DNA of 64,000 nt from Takakia lepidozioides (GCA_030704615.1 CM060734.1:37200001-37264000), one strand, 5' to 3'. Numbered from the stretch's first letter, positions 26,438-37,626 are shown. Numbers and translations are program-made. Notes: a model not told the origin generated them from the letters alone.

Positions 26438-29400
26438 TCACCAGTAATCCCCACAAGAACAAATCCCATCTTCAAAGTGGTGAAAGCGGTTAGCGTCCCG
26501 TACAACAATTGCTCGGCCAACAATCTTTGAGATGAATTTGGTGGAGGTGTGGCAATCACCACACACTCGAAGATTCTTGATGAGACGGAGAGGCGTCCTG
26601 GGGGTCGTGCTGATCAGCCCAAAACCAATGGCCAGCTTCTCACTGTGGTGGCAAAGAGAAAATTCCTTTTCCTCCTCCCCCACATCATGCAATACAAAGC
26701 GCGTGTCAGGCACATACCCCGCCTCCTTCATCTGCCCAGACAATCTTCTCAGCTCAGCATGGATTTCCTTAATTCTGGGATGCAACTTGTCATCTACAAC
26801 GAAGGTGTGCACCCTGTTGCCAACCTCAATGCAGCAGCAACCTGGCTCCTTTCTAACCCCTTTGACCTTCATCATTTTTCTCACCTTTGCAGTATCATCC
26901 CACCTGCCAGCTGCAGCATAGATGTTTGAGAGCAACACATAAGTCGCGGCATCCTGTTCATCCCACGTGAGGATAGATGTTGCTGCTCGTTCAGCCATCT
27001 CCACATTGCCATGGATTCTGCAAGCACCAAGCAAGGCCCTCCACACCATAGCATCTGGATTGATGGGCATTTTATTAATCAGGTCCACTGCCTCATCCAG
27101 TTGTCCCGCACGTCCAAGAAGGTCCACCATGCAGCCAAAATGCTTTACTGTCGGAGTGACACCATGATCTTGACTCAGGGAATCAAAGTAGCGTCTTCCT
27201 TCATTCAGTAGGCCAGCGTGGCTGCATGCAGAGAGAACACATATAAAGGTGATACTGTCCGGCTTCAAGCTGTTCTTTTGCATTCCTTCAAATAGTTGCA
27301 TGACCTCCCTATGACAACCATGCTGTGCATATCCTGCGATCATCGCGTTCCACGACACCACATTTCGTTCAACCATATTGTCGAACACTCCCTTTGCATC
27401 CTCGATGCTCCCACATTTTGCATACATGTCCACCAGGGCAGTGTTCAGGATCACATCTGGTACAATTCCAGCTCTGACGATGTCGCCATGCGCCTCTATG
27501 CCCTTTTCCAGGGCTGCCAAGCTTGCACACGCACTGCAAACGCACACAAACGTGATGTGGTTGGGCTTCACCCCTTCCCCCATCATTTGCTCATAGGTCT
27601 CCAAAGCCTCCATCCCGCGCCCCTGCTGTGCATATCCTGCAAGCATTGCGTTCCACGACACCACATCTCGTTCAGCCATATTGTCGAACACTCCCTTTGC
27701 ATCCTTGATGCTCCCACATTTTGCATACATGTCCACGAGGGCAGTGTTCAGGATCACATCTGGTACAATTCCAGCTCTGACGATGTCGCCATGCACCTCT
27801 TTGCCCTTTTCCAGGGCTGCCAGGCTTGCACACGCGCTGCAAACGCACACAAACGTGATTTGGTCGGGCTTCACCCCTTCGCACATCATTTGCTCATACG
27901 TCTCCAAAGCCTCCATTCCGCGCCCCTGCTGTGCATAGCCTGCAAGCATCGCGTTCCACGATACCACATTTCGTTCAGCCATACTGTCGAACACTCCCTT
28001 TGCATCCTCGATGCTCCCACATTTGGCATACATGTCCACCAGGGCAGTGTTCAGGATGACATTTGGTACAATTCCAGCTCTGATGATGTCGCCATGCGCC
28101 TCTTTGCCCTTTTCCAGGGCTGCCAGGCTTGCACATGCATTGCAAACGCACACAAACGTGATGTGGTTGGGCTTCACCCCTTCCCCCATCATTTGCTCAT
28201 AGGTCTCCAAAGCCTCCATCCCGCACCCCTGCTGTGCATATCCTGCAAGCATCGCACTCCACGACACCACATTTCGTTCAGCCATACTGTCGAACACTCC
28301 CTTTGCATCCTGGATGCTCCCACATTTGGCATACATGTCCACGAGGGCAGTGTTCAAGATCACGTCTGGTACAATTCCAGCTCTGACGATGTCGCCATGC
28401 ACCTCTTTGCCCTTATCCAGGGCTGCCATGCTTGCACACGCACTGCAAACGGACACAAACGTGATGTGGTCGGGCTTCACCCCTTCCCCCATCATTTGCT
28501 CATATGTCTGCAAAGCCTCCATCCCGCGCCCCTGCTGCGCATACCCTGCAAGCATCGCGTTCCACGACACCACATTTCGTTCAGCCATACTGTCGAACAC
28601 TCCCTTTGCATCCTCGATGCTCCCACATTTTGCATACATGTCCACCAGGGCAGTGTTCAGGATGACATTTGGTACAATTCCAGCTCTGACGATGTCGCCA
28701 TGCGCCCCTTTGCCCTTTTCCAAGGCTGCCAGGCTTGCACATGCATTGCAAACGCACACAAACGTGATGTGGTTGGGCTTCACCCCTTCCCCCATCATTT
28801 GCTCATAGGTCTCCAAAGCCTCCATCCCGCGCCCCTGCTGTGCATATCCTGCAAGCATCGCACTCCACGACACCACATTTCGTTCAGCCATATTGTCGAA
28901 CACTCCCTTTGCATCCTCGATGCTCCCACATTTGGCATACATGTCCACCAGGGCAGTGTTCAGGATCACATCTGGTACAATTCCAGCTCTGACGATGTCG
29001 CCATGCACCTCTTTGCCCTTATCCAGGGCTGCCAGGCTTGCACACGCACTGCAAACGGACACAAACGTGATGGGGTCGGGCTTCACCCCTTCCCCCATCA
29101 TTTGCTCATACGTCTCCAAAGCATTCCTACCACACCCATGCTTGGTAAATCCTGCCAACATTATATTCCACGTGAACAAAGATCGTTGATGCATTCTGTT
29201 GAACACTTGGTGAGCATCCATGATGCTCCCGCACTTAACATACATGTTGACAAGGGTGTTGAGGAGAAAAACATTTGGCGTGAATCCACTTTGGATCATG
29301 TGAGTGTGCACCTGCTTTCCAGCTTCCAGGCCTTTCACCTTGATGCACATATGCAAGAGACAGACATACGTTTCTGAATCTGCTGAAATGCCTCCTTGGT

Positions 29401-29665
29401 TTAAAGTCTGTAGAGCCTCTTTCAGTCTGCCTGCCTCACAAAGCATCTTCACATGCCCAGAAGTGCCAGAAGAGGCATTGTGGTCTCCCTCTCTTGATCC
29501 TCTTCCAGAAGCTGTGGTCATGGTTGAGGTGCCTGATTTTATCAACCGTGCCGCTGCAGCTGCTGCCTTTAGTTGACCATCTACCCATGCAGGTTTCTTG
29601 TAGCTATTGATCCACAGGGAATCATAGGTAATCTTGTGCTTGAAATCTGGCCCTCTTGGATGAAT
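26438..29665 (-). CDS. PLS-class PPR protein with E1-E2-DYW cytidine deaminase domain (organellar C-to-U RNA editing factor); large last exon
   Basis: Uninterrupted frame with L-S-P triplets, P2-L2-S2, PG box PGCCCIEV, HSEKLA, CGDC and terminal DYW. The frame extends upstream of the called TTG to an AG acceptor at 29667/29666 and encodes IHPRGPDFKHKITYDSLWINSYKKPAWV. Confidence 0.97.
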   Translation of the reverse strand: MHPRGPDFKHKITYDSLWINSYKKPAWVDGQLKAAAAAARLIKSGTSTMTTASGRGSREGDHNASSGTSGHVKMLCEAGRLKEALQTLNQGGISADSETYVCLLHMCIKVKGLEAGKQVHTHMIQSGFTPNVFLLNTLVNMYVKCGSIMDAHQVFNRMHQRSLFTWNIMLAGFTKHGCGRNALETYEQMMGEGVKPDPITFVSVCSACASLAALDKGKEVHGDIVRAGIVPDVILNTALVDMYAKCGSIEDAKGVFDNMAERNVVSWSAMLAGYAQQGRGMEALETYEQMMGEGVKPNHITFVCVCNACASLAALEKGKGAHGDIVRAGIVPNVILNTALVDMYAKCGSIEDAKGVFDSMAERNVVSWNAMLAGYAQQGRGMEALQTYEQMMGEGVKPDHITFVSVCSACASMAALDKGKEVHGDIVRAGIVPDVILNTALVDMYAKCGSIQDAKGVFDSMAERNVVSWSAMLAGYAQQGCGMEALETYEQMMGEGVKPNHITFVCVCNACASLAALEKGKEAHGDIIRAGIVPNVILNTALVDMYAKCGSIEDAKGVFDSMAERNVVSWNAMLAGYAQQGRGMEALETYEQMMCEGVKPDQITFVCVCSACASLAALEKGKEVHGDIVRAGIVPDVILNTALVDMYAKCGSIKDAKGVFDNMAERDVVSWNAMLAGYAQQGRGMEALETYEQMMGEGVKPNHITFVCVCSACASLAALEKGIEAHGDIVRAGIVPDVILNTALVDMYAKCGSIEDAKGVFDNMVERNVVSWNAMIAGYAQHGCHREVMQLFEGMQKNSLKPDSITFICVLSACSHAGLLNEGRRYFDSLSQDHGVTPTVKHFGCMVDLLGRAGQLDEAVDLINKMPINPDAMVWRALLGACRIHGNVEMAERAATSILTWDEQDAATYVLLSNIYAAAGRWDDTAKVRKMMKVKGVRKEPGCCCIEVGNRVHTFVVDDKLHPRIKEIHAELRRLSGQMKEAGYVPDTRFVLHDVGEEEKEFSLCHHSEKLAIGFGLISTTPRTPLRLIKNLRVCGDCHTSTKFISKIVGRAIVVRDANRFHHFEDGICSCGDYW
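27370..29130 (-). repeat. Near-identical 303-nt tandem repeats (101-aa L-S-P units, about six copies)
   Basis: Directly visible periodicity in DNA and protein. Confidence 0.97.
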
Positions 29666-29853
29666 CTGTACCCACAGTCTACCCCTGCTCCTTCAGCTAT
29701 CCATGTTTTTGCACAAATCATGTGTTCATCCTTGTCTTGCTGCTAGCAGCTGACAATGACAGCCTAGATTGTTCTAGGAAACACTCAACTTAGCTTATCA
29801 CACTAGTTCCTATGCTGAATTCTGCTACTCTCTGTAATCTAACAGGCATTAAC

Positions 29854-30520
29854 CTTTTGGCCTCGGTTGTCCCACCATTGACTGGGGTCAGAAAAGTATG
29901 CATTCCACAGCTTCTCCTCCTCTCTGTTACCTGTTTTTGGATACTTTCCTGTTCTCACATTGGCAGTATCATGTCAAAGTCACTCCAAACTAGATTCACT
30001 CAACCAGCTAACTTGCAGAATTCAACATGGAAATTTAGGGCCGGTTCTGATAAGAGGGAAAAACAGGGTGAAATGTGTTGAAGAAGGTGCCTTCATGAGC
30101 AGTGCCTGATTTTATCAATTGTGCCGCTGCTGCTGCGGCTTCCAGTTGACCATCTACCCATGCAGGTTTCTCGTAGCTATCCTTCCACATGGAATCATCG
30201 GTAATCTTGTGCTTGAAATCTGGCCCTCTTGAATGAATCTGGACCCACACTCCATCCCTGCTCCTTCAGCTATCCATGCCTCTGCACAAATCATGCATGC
30301 ATCCTTGCCTTGCTGCTAGCAACTGACAATGACAGCCTAGATTTGTTCCAGCAATCACCCCAACCATACTTATCACACTAGTTCCTATGCTGACTTGCGT
30401 CTGCTTCCAAAAGGCATTCACCTTTTTGTCTCCATTGTCCCACCATTGATTGGGGTCGGAAAACTGTTCATTCCAAAGCTTCTCGTCATCTCTGTTATCT
30501 GATTCTGGATACTTTCCTGC
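29854..30520 (-). CDS. Upstream exons encoding OSB-type PDF motifs, predicted to splice in frame to the PPR-DYW exon
   Basis: Exons ~30516-30422, 30238-30091 and 29948-29854. Phase-0 GT-AG introns 30421-30239 and 29853-29666 rejoin WWDNxxxK|IHxRGPDFKHKITxDSxW...PAWV. Intron 30090-29949 would be GC-AG (GT in the paralogous copy at 10628). Confidence 0.72.
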
Positions 30521-30739
30521 TGCCACATCGGCACTAACTTGTCAAAGTCATTCCCCATAAATACTTTTTTTTATTGTACGTGGTTTTTTAGTCGGGGGAG
30601 CCTATAAGCATTCCAAACCACCCCAGATCCACTGCAACATATGGCAATTGAAAGGCTACAACTTGGATGCAGACACCATATTCAATATGCAAATTCAGGG
30701 CCGAGTCTGATGAGAGCGCAAAACAGGCTGAAATAGGTC

Positions 30740-31150
30740 GAAGAAGAAGGTGCCCTCACCACACTGTCCTTGACCTTGTGTCACGACCCATGGAGGATTT
30801 GACCGACCATCTACCCAAAAGGACCTCTTGTGTGTGCTGCTTGTGTCTGTAGTCAGGTAATGTCGGATTGGTCTGTGAGAACCACCACGGTGCAGCTGAG
30901 CAGGCAGAGATTGAAACACGGCCTGCTAAGACCAAGCTGACTCTCCCAAGAACCTTGTAAACATCAAGAAGAATACCAAATCATGGTACTAACAGGAGCC
31001 AAGCGCCCACATTTGCAGGATGGACAAACTTCTTCACATCGTACATTAAGAAAAAGCCACACCTTGCGATTGCGGTTGCAATTGCGGTTGTCCCACCATC
31101 GTGAAGGATCTTTAAAAAACTCATGCCAGCTCTGCTCCGTGCTCCAAGGT
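30740..31150 (-). pseudogene. A third, more diverged PDF motif (EQSWHEFFKDPSRWWDNRN..RK | TNPTLPDYRHK..RSFWVDGRSNPPWV) with a frameshift
   Basis: Same intron position after WWDN..K. The 10-nt CAGCACACAC segment shifts the frame between PDYRHK and KRSFWV. Confidence 0.7.
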
Positions 31151-31364
31151 AGAGGTTCGTGGTCGAAAATCCGACTGCATCAACACTTTGACGAGGTCCT
31201 TTACTGAGGGGTGCAAGTGAGCTTTCAACAACATTCATGCAAGTTGTCTTGGGCTCCATTGGGCTCTACACGATGAGGAACAACGAACTCCAAACTCTGC
31301 TCAAGAAACATGTGCTTTTACCGAACTTTCAACAAGGATATATCTGTGCTCTTCCAAGGTGGCA

Positions 31365-31666
31365 GAAGCAGAGACGAGGAGAAGCTGTGGAATGAGTACT
31401 TCTTCGACCCCAGTCAATGGTGGGACAATCGACCTACAAAGGTGAATGCCCCGTTGGAGTACAGAGAGTAGCAGATGCAAATATTGAGCATATGGATTAT
31501 TAGTGTGATAAGCTGAGTTGGGGTGTTTCGCAGAAGAAATCTAGGTTGTCATTGTCAGCTGCTAGCAGCAAGGCAAGGATGTATGCATGATTTGTGCGGA
31601 GGCACGAATAGCTGAAGGAGAAGGGATGGAGTGTGGGTCCAGATTCATCCAAAAGGGCCAGATTTC
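31365..31666 (+). pseudogene. Inverted PDF exon-intron-exon fragment
   Basis: RDEEKLWNEYFFDPSQWWDNRPTK|GT...AG|IHPKGPDF on the plus strand. Confidence 0.85.
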
Positions 31667-31667
31667 C

Positions 31668-31727
31668 AGGATTTGAACCCAGTATCGGTCGCAATCAACT
31701 GAGCAGTAGCCAATTGAGCTACAGAAG
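31668..31727 (-). mobile_element. tRNA-like SINE head
   Basis: The minus strand has A-box TAGCTCAATTGG and B-box GGTTCAAATCC but no complete cloverleaf. Confidence 0.55.
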
Positions 31728-31789
31728 TTGAGTTCCACCTTTGATTTTTTATTTCTAGCAACCAATTATTTTTTTGAATCAACAAAAGA

Positions 31790-32400
31790 GACCGCTCTCT
31801 TTTGTTTGGAGAGCGGTCTCTGTCTTCTATAGATCGTGGATAACTGAGCTGTCTCTTTGCATTCCAGTCTTGCTTCTAAACTTGAATGAAAGGAGAATGT
31901 GGAATTCTTGCCCATTATGGGCTGCCTTGAGGGGTCATACTCTATGGCATATCTGGAAAAGTAGATGTTCCTTGGTGTTTGGGGAGTTCTTCCTTCGGCA
32001 ATTGCGGTCCTTAGCAGGGTTCAGTCATGTTGTCTGAAGCTAGAAAGGCTTGGCGGGTCTTATGTGCAGCTTCTGCTAGATGCTTGAATGGACAAAGGAT
32101 GCAGCTTCTCGCTCGCTTTGATAATTCCTGGGGACAAGGAGGGCATCGTTGCACACAAACCTCTGAATCAGAGGTTATCTGGCACAACCGCCTCCCGGCA
32201 TGTTGGGAGCTCGGTCAGCGCAACAATCTAAGGAGCCTAAGGAACCAGACGTCAACTAGCGCCACAAGCGAACTGCAAGGAAGGGAAAGTCGAAGGCACA
32301 CCTCTCCTTCGATTCAGCCAAGCGTAGGAATGCCATAATCTAGAGGCCTTTCTTTGACAGTAGAATCTATCCCTAGTTTTTGCTGCAACCTGCGTATTTT
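31790..32400 (+). mobile_element. LINE ORF2 C-terminal remnant
   Basis: TLWHIWKSRCSLVF resembles the conserved WxxWxxRN..VF motif at the end of L1-like ORF2. Confidence 0.55.
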
Positions 32401-33332
32401 GTGTAGGGTAAGAACCGGGCGGAGTATAAGGGGCTTAAATTGGTGAACCCCCGTGCCCCGGTTCTTTACTGAGCATGAACAACGTTGGCCCTGCGCCCCG
32501 TAGCGCACTGGGCCGACTCTCGCCTACGTGCCACTCTGGCGCTAGTGAAGAGGTGAGCCGGCTACATGCCGCAGTGAACTACCTTCTGAAGCGCTTTGCA
32601 ACCTACCGAGAGCACTTTCTTGATTTCAATTGCGTTCAAAGATTTCACAGCTACCTATCGCCTGAAAAAACAAGGTACCTACCTGATTTTTACAAAGTAG
32701 GGGACGACTCGAGTTGGGCCTGCGTGCGCTACGTACGGTAGCGCCCCGCGTGGCGCTTAGCTATTGGGTGTATCATGTTCCTAACTGCCCTCGACCCTGC
32801 GGGTCTCGGAGCGCAGGTAGGAACATGATACCCCTAGTAGCAGTGCCCCTTGTGGAGCTCCAGATTCCATGGCGGTGCATATGCTATCCTGTCAGTCCCT
32901 TGGATGAAAAGCATGGGGTTGTTGGACATTAATGATAACAGGGACTATCTTTGGTTATATGATTGTCCTACGTTAACAGTCACGAGATAAGCCAACCTGG
33001 AAACTGAGCTGGCTGATGTGAGGTCTTGTAATCTGCATGTCCAATATGAGTGCTGCGTCTGGAACTCCAGATTAGCCTCTCCCGATTATTTAAATGAAGA
33101 GATCATCAGGCTTAGGCAGGATGTTTTTGGTGTACAAACTGGTGTAGTGGTTGTGTGAAGGACGCTGGATGAAACTGTGTTGATGTTTTGCTGCGTGCAA
33201 CGATTGGCTTAGATTGTATGTGTGCTCTGCAATAGATCCTTCCCTGTCAGCTTGACAAAGTTCTATAGCTTACAATCCCTTGTGCATGACTTAACTCGCA
33301 GAGACGAGAGCATATCCTTGTGTCGGGGTTCT

Positions 33333-33351
33333 TGGTGGAGATGGGGGGCAT
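33333..33351 (+). promoter_or_regulatory. Primer-binding site complementary to the 3' end of tRNA-Ala
   Basis: TGGTGGAGATGGGGGGCAT directly abuts repeat A. tRNA-Ala ends ...CATCTCCACCA. Confidence 0.8.
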
Positions 33352-33504
33352 GATGGCCTAGGTTCGGTGTGGCTATGGTGGAAAGACGGTTGTACGGGAA
33401 ATCTAGAAAGATGATAGCGCAATCCACTATGTTCAATCATTTGTCTCTCCTGGTGTATGTTGTTTATGCTGATTTTGTGTATTTTGTGTCTTCCTGCTTT
33501 GTGA

Positions 33505-34428
33505 GTGAACACTGTGCAAACGGCGGCCATGGCTTCCAGTTCGAATGATACTGCTTCATTTGAGATGGACGACGATTCGTTTGAAGCTGTCTTCCTGAGT
33601 GTTGTGCATGATATTGCGTCCCCTGAAGTGCTAAGGCCTTATGAGGGAGAACCGTCACTGAGGGGAGACGCGGAGATTCCACTTGACGTGCCCTCGGCTT
33701 ACTGGATAGAGAAGTTTGAGCAAACGGCCGTTGATGAAGCGCGCAAGACTGTGAGTTCTGAAGGAGAAAAACGCAAGCAGCGTCGCAAGATTGCTGAAGC
33801 TAAGCAAGGTGCGTTTGCTGGCAGATTGCTGTAGAAGCTGCATGCAAAGGAAATCGTCAAGTGCTTACCTCGGGAGGTCATCCGTGAGCGACTTGGACAA
33901 GGCAAGCTGCTCATTTGGCCACAGATTGGAGTGCCTAAGTTTGTTGTCACGCGAGATCACACCAACAACCTTGAGAGCTTTCTGCACCCGAAGGTTCCTA
34001 GTGGCTATCGCTTTTGGGAGCTTGTCCGAGGTGGGAGTGCAGCGGCGCTGACAAACATACGCCCTGCCTGGACTGCCGATCAGCCTGTTGATGATTTTTC
34101 GTGGGAACAATCCATCACTGGCGTCCCACAACACTTATTTCACCTCTCTGCGCGAGATATTGTAATTTTTCCTAGCAAAACCTTTGATCAAGAGAAGGTT
34201 GGGCTCTGTCGAGTCCAGACTCCTGTTGACAAGTACCCGTTGCACTCCCTGGTAGTCAAGGAGAGGGTAGTGCGCACGGTGACTCGTGTTGCATTTTGGC
34301 TGAAGGTGGCTCAGTCACTCTGGCATCTACAGGACGAAGCTGTGTATCTCAGTTATAATCATCGTTTCATCTCTTCCTACACCATGACGGATTGGGAGAA
34401 GTGCATGCTGCATCCCAATGACAGGTGA
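33505..34428 (+). pseudogene. ORF0 of unknown function upstream of gag
   Basis: ORFs 33505-33834 and 33931-34428 are the same frame, separated by a single TAG. Confidence 0.65.
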
Positions 34429-34469
34429 TTTTCTCTGTGCCTTGATCTTCATTTACGTTATCTTAGTGG

Positions 34470-35592
34470 ATGCTGACCAGACGACGTGCTAAACTGTTGG
34501 AGTCTGAGAGTGCTAAGATGAGTGAATGGAAGGAAGGGATAGAGGAGATCTTTGGTGATGACTTAGTTCCTGGTCCTGAGACACAACCTACTGCGACATC
34601 AAGAGGCATCAATCATCCGGACGGCTTGGACTTACAAGATCTTTGTGATGCCATGAAAACTATCTCTGATTGTCCTGCTCTGTTGGAACTTTTGTTGAAC
34701 AAACAAACTAATTCTACACAAACAGTTGCCAAACCTCATGAATTCAAACCTGTCAAGCAGCCATACCCGGAGTTTAAGCTGGGTGACCATTTTGATAATT
34801 TTTTGAGGTTCTTTGAATTAAGCATGAAGATGAATGTTGTGCCAGAGGAATTTATTTCTAGCACGTTCAAGTTTTGTTTAAAAGGAGAGGCTCAGATTAT
34901 GTTTGAAGCTAGTATCCAGGATATGGGAGGTTTCTCCTGGAAGATGGCCAAAGAACTGGCTCATCAGCTGTTTCAGGAGATTAAACCCACCCACTATGCC
35001 ATTCCTGAAAGAAAGTTTTGCAGAAACTTTTAGGAGAAAGTGTGTGGAAGTACTATGCAAAAATCAGGACTTCAGTATGCAAGGCAGTGCAAGTGGTGGC
35101 TGAGAGACCATTGGCCACCAAGATTTCTTTCATCAAAGGGTTACCACCAGCTGAACAAGTGTTCTTGGAGAAAAGCTCATACAAAACGGACAAGGAGATG
35201 TTCAGCTCATTGAGGAAAGAGCTCGCATCAAGGTAGCAAAGAGGGGTTTAGCTCCTGCCAAAAAGTCTCAGGTCATGTTACATGATGTTGATACGTGTAC
35301 TGGTACTGATGGGGATGAGGGCTGCCTAGAATTGTTGCCCGCTGTTGTGAGAAATATGCAGAATACTGTAAAGACGGAGCTGTAGGCTTTCAAAGCTGAA
35401 AGTCATTGGCGGACTTCTGATGATGGTGAAAGGAAGGCAGGTCATAGAGGTCAAACCAATATTGGTTTAGGTTATCATGAACGAGTAGCCTGCCTGATTT
35501 GTAAGAGCACTGAGCACTGGACCAGGTTTTGCCCCATGCAGCCAGACTTACCTGCCATAAATGAACAATGGAAACGAGATCAAAAAGGGTAA
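34470..35592 (+). pseudogene. gag (disrupted)
   Basis: Gag-like FLRFFE..M...V......FKFCLKGEA and zinc knuckle CLICKSTEHWTRFC (~35491-35532). Confidence 0.85.
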
Positions 35593-35679
35593 GGGTGCTT
35601 TAAACAAGTAAGGTCATCTGCTACGGAAGGGCCAGATGATCACAGGTGTAGACCTTCTAAACCCTCAGCTACTCTGCTT

Positions 35680-37626
35680 GTGTCCACCAACTTCAAGTTG
35701 CTCCATACTGAGGTGTTGAAAACCAAGAATAGAGAGCGTATTCACCTCTTGATGACACAATGTCATATTGGTCACTTATCTTTTCAATGTGTCATAGACA
35801 CGGGCTGTATAGTATCTGCCATTCCTTTGCATGTGGTTCAAGTTCTGGGTTTGAAAATGTCTCCAACCAAGGGTATTGAGGTCACCATAGCTGATGGTAC
35901 CAGCTATGAACCCCTTGGTTTAGTTAGTGTGCCAGTAAGGATTAGTCGCAAAGTTGTCACCATCATAGGGATTGTAACCATGGGCGAACAACTACTTTTG
36001 GGGTTGGATTGGATGACTGAAGCCATGGCTTCCATTGATCTCTGTACTAATGTCATGACCTTGAAGGATGGTGAAGGTGGCAGCTGCAAAGTCAATTTGA
36101 ATCAGATCCCTATCCTGGCAGGCAGTGGGACCAGACATCTTGCTTGCATGAAGGCTGTCTCACGTGAAGTCAGGCAACGGGCTGGAGACACATACAACTG
36201 GACTCGCTTCTTTGGTTTTCAGAGCAGCCCAACGATGCTTTTCCAGTGGCACATACCTGCTGCTGGCTACAAGACTGGTGCATGCCTGTCGAGGGTGACA
36301 CCCTTCTTCTTAGAGCCCCTGCTAATGTTCAATTACCTGCTATGTCTCAAGTCATTGTGTCTACAGGCCTTGCCTTCATCTGCCCACAAGGCAAATATCT
36401 TGAGATTGAGGGTTGGAAACGCCTGTCATTACAAAAACATTGCTTGGTTGCATCAGGACTTTTGGATAGGGGTTTTAGGGGTCATGTTCGCATTTTGATT
36501 GCCAATCCAGAGCGCATGCTTGTCACCATCAAGAAGGGTCAAGTGCTGGCTAGGCTCACTGCTGTGCCCATTAGTGACATATCCTCGGTGGAGCCAGCTT
36601 TACATCTACGAGATATTGGTCTGGAAGATGATCCTCTGGATGGTCTGATTGCTATGACCAGTTTAGCTGCAGCCCCAACAAGTCACAGCCTCACTACTGA
36701 GCAAGAAGCTCACTTTCAACAGGTATTGGCTGAGATTAAGGTGGGTGAACTGACTGATTCTCAGCAAGCTCAATTACATCTGCTGCTCAAAAGAAACTTG
36801 GACATATTTAGCAAAGGTTCACATGACCTGGGCTGCACAAAGATACTTAAGCATGAAATTATTACTAAAGGAAAGCCAATCAAACAATATGCTTACAGAG
36901 AATATGTCCGTGAAAGAGTAGTTATTCAAGAAGAAATTAGGAAGATGTTGGATTCCGGAGTGATAAAACCTTATGTTTCCCCTTGGACTAGTCCCATTGT
37001 GCTTGTGGGGAAGAAAGATGGCACCACACGCTTCTGTGTGGACTTTTGAAGGTTGAATGCAATGACTAAAAAGGATGTCCATCCCCTGCCACGTATCAAA
37101 TGGGGCAACTATCTTTTCTTCCCTTGATTTAGCCTCTGGGTTCTGGCAAGTTCCACTAACGGAGGACTCCAAAGAAAAGACTGCATTTACCTGCAGATAT
37201 GGTCTGTTTCAGTACGAAACCATGCCGTTTGGGCTTTGTAATGCCACTGCTACCTTCCAAAGGCTCATGGACGTGGTCCTTAGTAATTTAAGATGGTAAT
37301 GTGCTCTTGTATATGTAGATGACATCAATATTTATTCCAGCAGCTTTGCATCTCACCTTTTGGACCTGCAAAGAGTAATGAGCAGGTTATGAAGTGCTGG
37401 ACTTAAAGTTAAGGCAAAGAAATGTGATTTTTGTAGCTGGAGTTACGCTTTTTGGGACACGTTATTTGTGGGGATGGCATCAAACCTGACTTAACCAAAG
37501 TCCAGGCAGTTTGGGATTTTCCTATCCCAAAGGACAAACATTGTGTAAGAGCATTCTTAGGCCTTGCATCTTATTATAGAAGGTTCATCCTTCATTTTGC
37601 TAAGCTAGCTGGTCCCTTGTTTTACT
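35680..37626 (+). pseudogene. pol 5' part: aspartic protease, dUTPase-like domain, reverse transcriptase
   Basis: CVIDTGC...LLLGLDWM; STGLAFICPQG...GLLDRGFRGHVRILIAN...IKKGQVLARL; [44 protein letters not shown]. Confidence 0.93.

Noticed and set aside
26438-26860. U-to-C (KP-type) DYW variant
   Set aside because: HSE, CxxC and the terminal DYW are canonical. Only the PG box is slightly unusual (PGCCCIE).
27296-29377. 693-aa His-rich ORF on the plus strand (and the 415-aa ORF at 12070-13317)
   Set aside because: Antisense shadows of the 303-nt PPR repeats. One stop-free unit repeated gives a long ORF.
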